A stretch of DNA of 38,005 nt, from contig CAZRNJ010000002.1 in NCBI GenBank assembly GCA_964601385.1, positions 1 to 38,005 of the forward strand, in the 5' to 3' direction. The stretch is from an uncultured Bacteroidales bacterium. Lineage in GTDB: Bacteria > Bacteroidota > Bacteroidia > Bacteroidales > JBBRXJ01. Shown in pieces: positions 36,699-38,005 of this stretch. The notes below the pieces were generated by a model, which saw only the letters and a program-made list of their open reading frames with translations, was not told where the DNA came from and searched no databases. Within the stretch, counting starts at the first letter, position 1; the number at the start of each line of letters is the position of its first letter. The position numbers and the translations under genes were made by a program.

Positions 36699-37445
36699 AT
36701 GGCTTCAAACAGTCCCTGGATAATACATATCCCTAATGCATTAACAGCATCGAACCTGTTTTGCGGATGCCTTGCGGTATCTGCTTCCTTCGGCAATCAG
36801 TACAGGGCAGCCCTGGGCTGGATCATTGCCGCTGCACTCCTTGATTTTGCCGATGGCTTTGCGGCCCGCCTGCTTAATATCAAATCTGAATACGGCAAAA
36901 TACTCGACTCCCTGGCCGATGTCATCAGCTTTGGCATTGCTCCGGCTGCCATTATGCACAACCTTTTTCGCCACATTTATATCACCTCACCTTTTCTCTT
37001 TGGTATTCCCGTAAGTGGATTCTTCAGCGAAATTGTAATTTTTTCTCCTTTCCTTATCACTGTTTTCTCTGGACTGCGGCTGGCTAAATTCCATCTCGAT
37101 ACCCGCCAAACGACATCATTCATCGGACTACCCACTCCGGCCAATGCACTATTCTTTTCGTCCCTTGCTTTTTTTCTCTTTTCGTCTCCCGGCCGCCTTG
37201 CACAAATATTATCATCCTACACCTTTTTATTACCACTCATTATCCTCTCCTGCTATCTGATGATTTCGGAAATACCAATGTTCGCCCTAAAATTTAAAAC
37301 ATTCCGGTGGGCTAAAAATAAAATCAGGTATTTTTTCATCATTATATCTGCCCTGCTCATTGGTTTTTTAAACATTCCCGCAATACCATTGATCATTCTT
37401 TTCTACATTTTACTCTCAATAATCAATTATAAAAAAACTGCTTAG
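36699..37445 (+). CDS. pssA: CDP-diacylglycerol--serine O-phosphatidyltransferase (CDP-alcohol phosphatidyltransferase family)
   Basis: 248 aa. DFADGFAARLL...G..LDSLADVISFG matches DGx2ARx8Gx3Dx3D. Multiple TM helices. Confidence 0.8.
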   Translation: MASNSPWIIHIPNALTASNLFCGCLAVSASFGNQYRAALGWIIAAALLDFADGFAARLLNIKSEYGKILDSLADVISFGIAPAAIMHNLFRHIYITSPFLFGIPVSGFFSEIVIFSPFLITVFSGLRLAKFHLDTRQTTSFIGLPTPANALFFSSLAFFLFSSPGRLAQILSSYTFLLPLIILSCYLMISEIPMFALKFKTFRWAKNKIRYFFIIISALLIGFLNIPAIPLIILFYILLSIINYKKTA

Positions 37446-37461
37446 GATTTTTCTATCCTAA
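37442..37461 (+). terminator. weak hairpin overlapping the pssA stop codon
   Basis: Stem TTAGGAT / ATCCTAA with loop TTTTCT, followed by CCTTTTAAT (a poor U tract). Confidence 0.3.
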
Positions 37462-37531
37462 CCTTTTAATCCTATATTTTATGAAAAAAACTGTTTTACT
37501 CTTATACCATTTGGAATTATAATTTAGTCCA

Positions 37532-37665
37532 AATGTCATCCGTATAATGCTTTACTTTGCTGCCCGCGTGTCGCTGAAGCTTCAGCGGGGGCACAAGCTA
37601 CGCGAAAGCGATGCCGATGTAACAAATGTTTAGTCCATTTACATTGGACAATTACATTTGTCCAA
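37532..37665 (+). repeat. structured dispersed repeat, copy 3 (diverged, opposite genomic orientation to copies 1 and 2)
   Basis: Exact 22-mer AAGCTACGCGAAAGCGATGCCG at 37595-37616. Upstream palindrome CGCTGAAGCTTCAGCG at 37572-37587. Downstream hairpin TTGGACA-N8-TGTCCAA at 37644-37665. The 5' boundary is uncertain (possibly about 37505). Confidence 0.7.
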
Positions 37666-37668
37666 TCG

Positions 37669-37815
37669 GTATTATTTGCTGTTTTGACATTATCTGCGTA
37701 GGGACAAACAAACGCCGACATTGATGGCAATGTTTACCCCACAGTTACCATTGGGTGCCGAATCGGGATGGCCGCCAACCTTTCTGATACCCATACCCCT
37801 GACAGTACCGAATAG
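37669..37815 (+). pseudogene. decayed fragment of a FISUMP (TIGR02145, Fibrobacter succinogenes major paralogous domain) lipoprotein gene
   Basis: One frame reads VLFAVLTLSA*GQTNADIDGNVYPTVTIGCRIGMAANLSDTHTPDSTE*. DIDGNVYxTVxIG..(W)MA(E)NL is the FISUMP signature. It has an in-frame TAG, no in-frame start, and is truncated after about 35 residues. Confidence 0.5.
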
Positions 37816-37953
37816 ATTAAAGTAATTGCTAAAATTACAGAATACCGTAAAATTGTTATTGAATAAATTCCAACTGTTTATATTTGTCACAAATTATTAG
37901 GGCCAATTAATATAGCTCCGGATATTTAATCAAAACATTTTACCATTAACTAC

Positions 37954-38005
37954 ATGGAACCAAAACAGATATTTAAAAAACATCTTGCACACACATCCTT
38001 ATTTC
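37954..38005 (+). CDS. possible 5' end of a CDS running off the window (MEPKQIFKKHLAHTSLF...)
   Basis: An ATG 68 nt downstream of an exact TATATTTG -7 box (37879-37886). It is too short to identify. Confidence 0.25.
   Translation, partial: MEPKQIFKKHLAHTSLF

Noticed and set aside
37536-37890. Two minus-strand ORFs (37536-37730, 37690-37890) at the right end of the window
   Set aside because: They run antisense across the repeat copy and the FISUMP remnant and have no recognisable features.
1-38005. CRISPR arrays, tRNA/rRNA/tmRNA/RNase P genes, transposases, integrases, toxin-antitoxin or known defence modules
   Set aside because: I scanned for regular direct repeats, T-loop GGTTCGAATCC-like motifs and characteristic protein motifs in all listed ORFs, and found none.

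Overview
A roughly 40% GC chromosomal segment, most likely from a member of Bacteroidota. The evidence is repeated TAnnTTTG -7 promoter boxes 20-70 nt upstream of start codons, no Shine-Dalgarno signals, a T9SS C-terminal sorting domain, a PorV/PorQ-like porin, a Reg_prop/Y_Y_Y sensor kinase and a FISUMP-domain remnant. Most of the window is ordinary housekeeping: asd (3' end), kup, a cardiolipin-synthase-like PLD, amt-glnK, pheT, ychF, ispD, pssA, a UbiA-type prenyltransferase and a macro-domain protein. It also holds envelope and uptake genes, a pyruvoyl arginine decarboxylase and a deoxyhypusine-synthase-like gene. I found no rRNA, tRNA, CRISPR array, transposase, integrase or recognisable defence system. 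The main unexplained signal is a dispersed, structured non-coding repeat in three copies. They share an identical 22-nt core containing a GAAA-capped hairpin, and each lies just 3' of an unrelated gene in the same orientation. Two copies flank a 6.3 kb block, one supplies the stop codon of a gene, and one lies beside a decayed gene. The second candidate is a pair of divergent tandem paralogs that look like membrane-tethered signalling proteins (cytoplasmic HTH-like domain, one TM helix, PKD-like and jelly-roll-like ectodomain). They head a tight same-strand cluster of poorly characterised genes (small Lys-rich secreted peptide, DUF4139, AIM24/TIGR00266, PLD). All domain calls come from reading the translated sequences; no database search was run.
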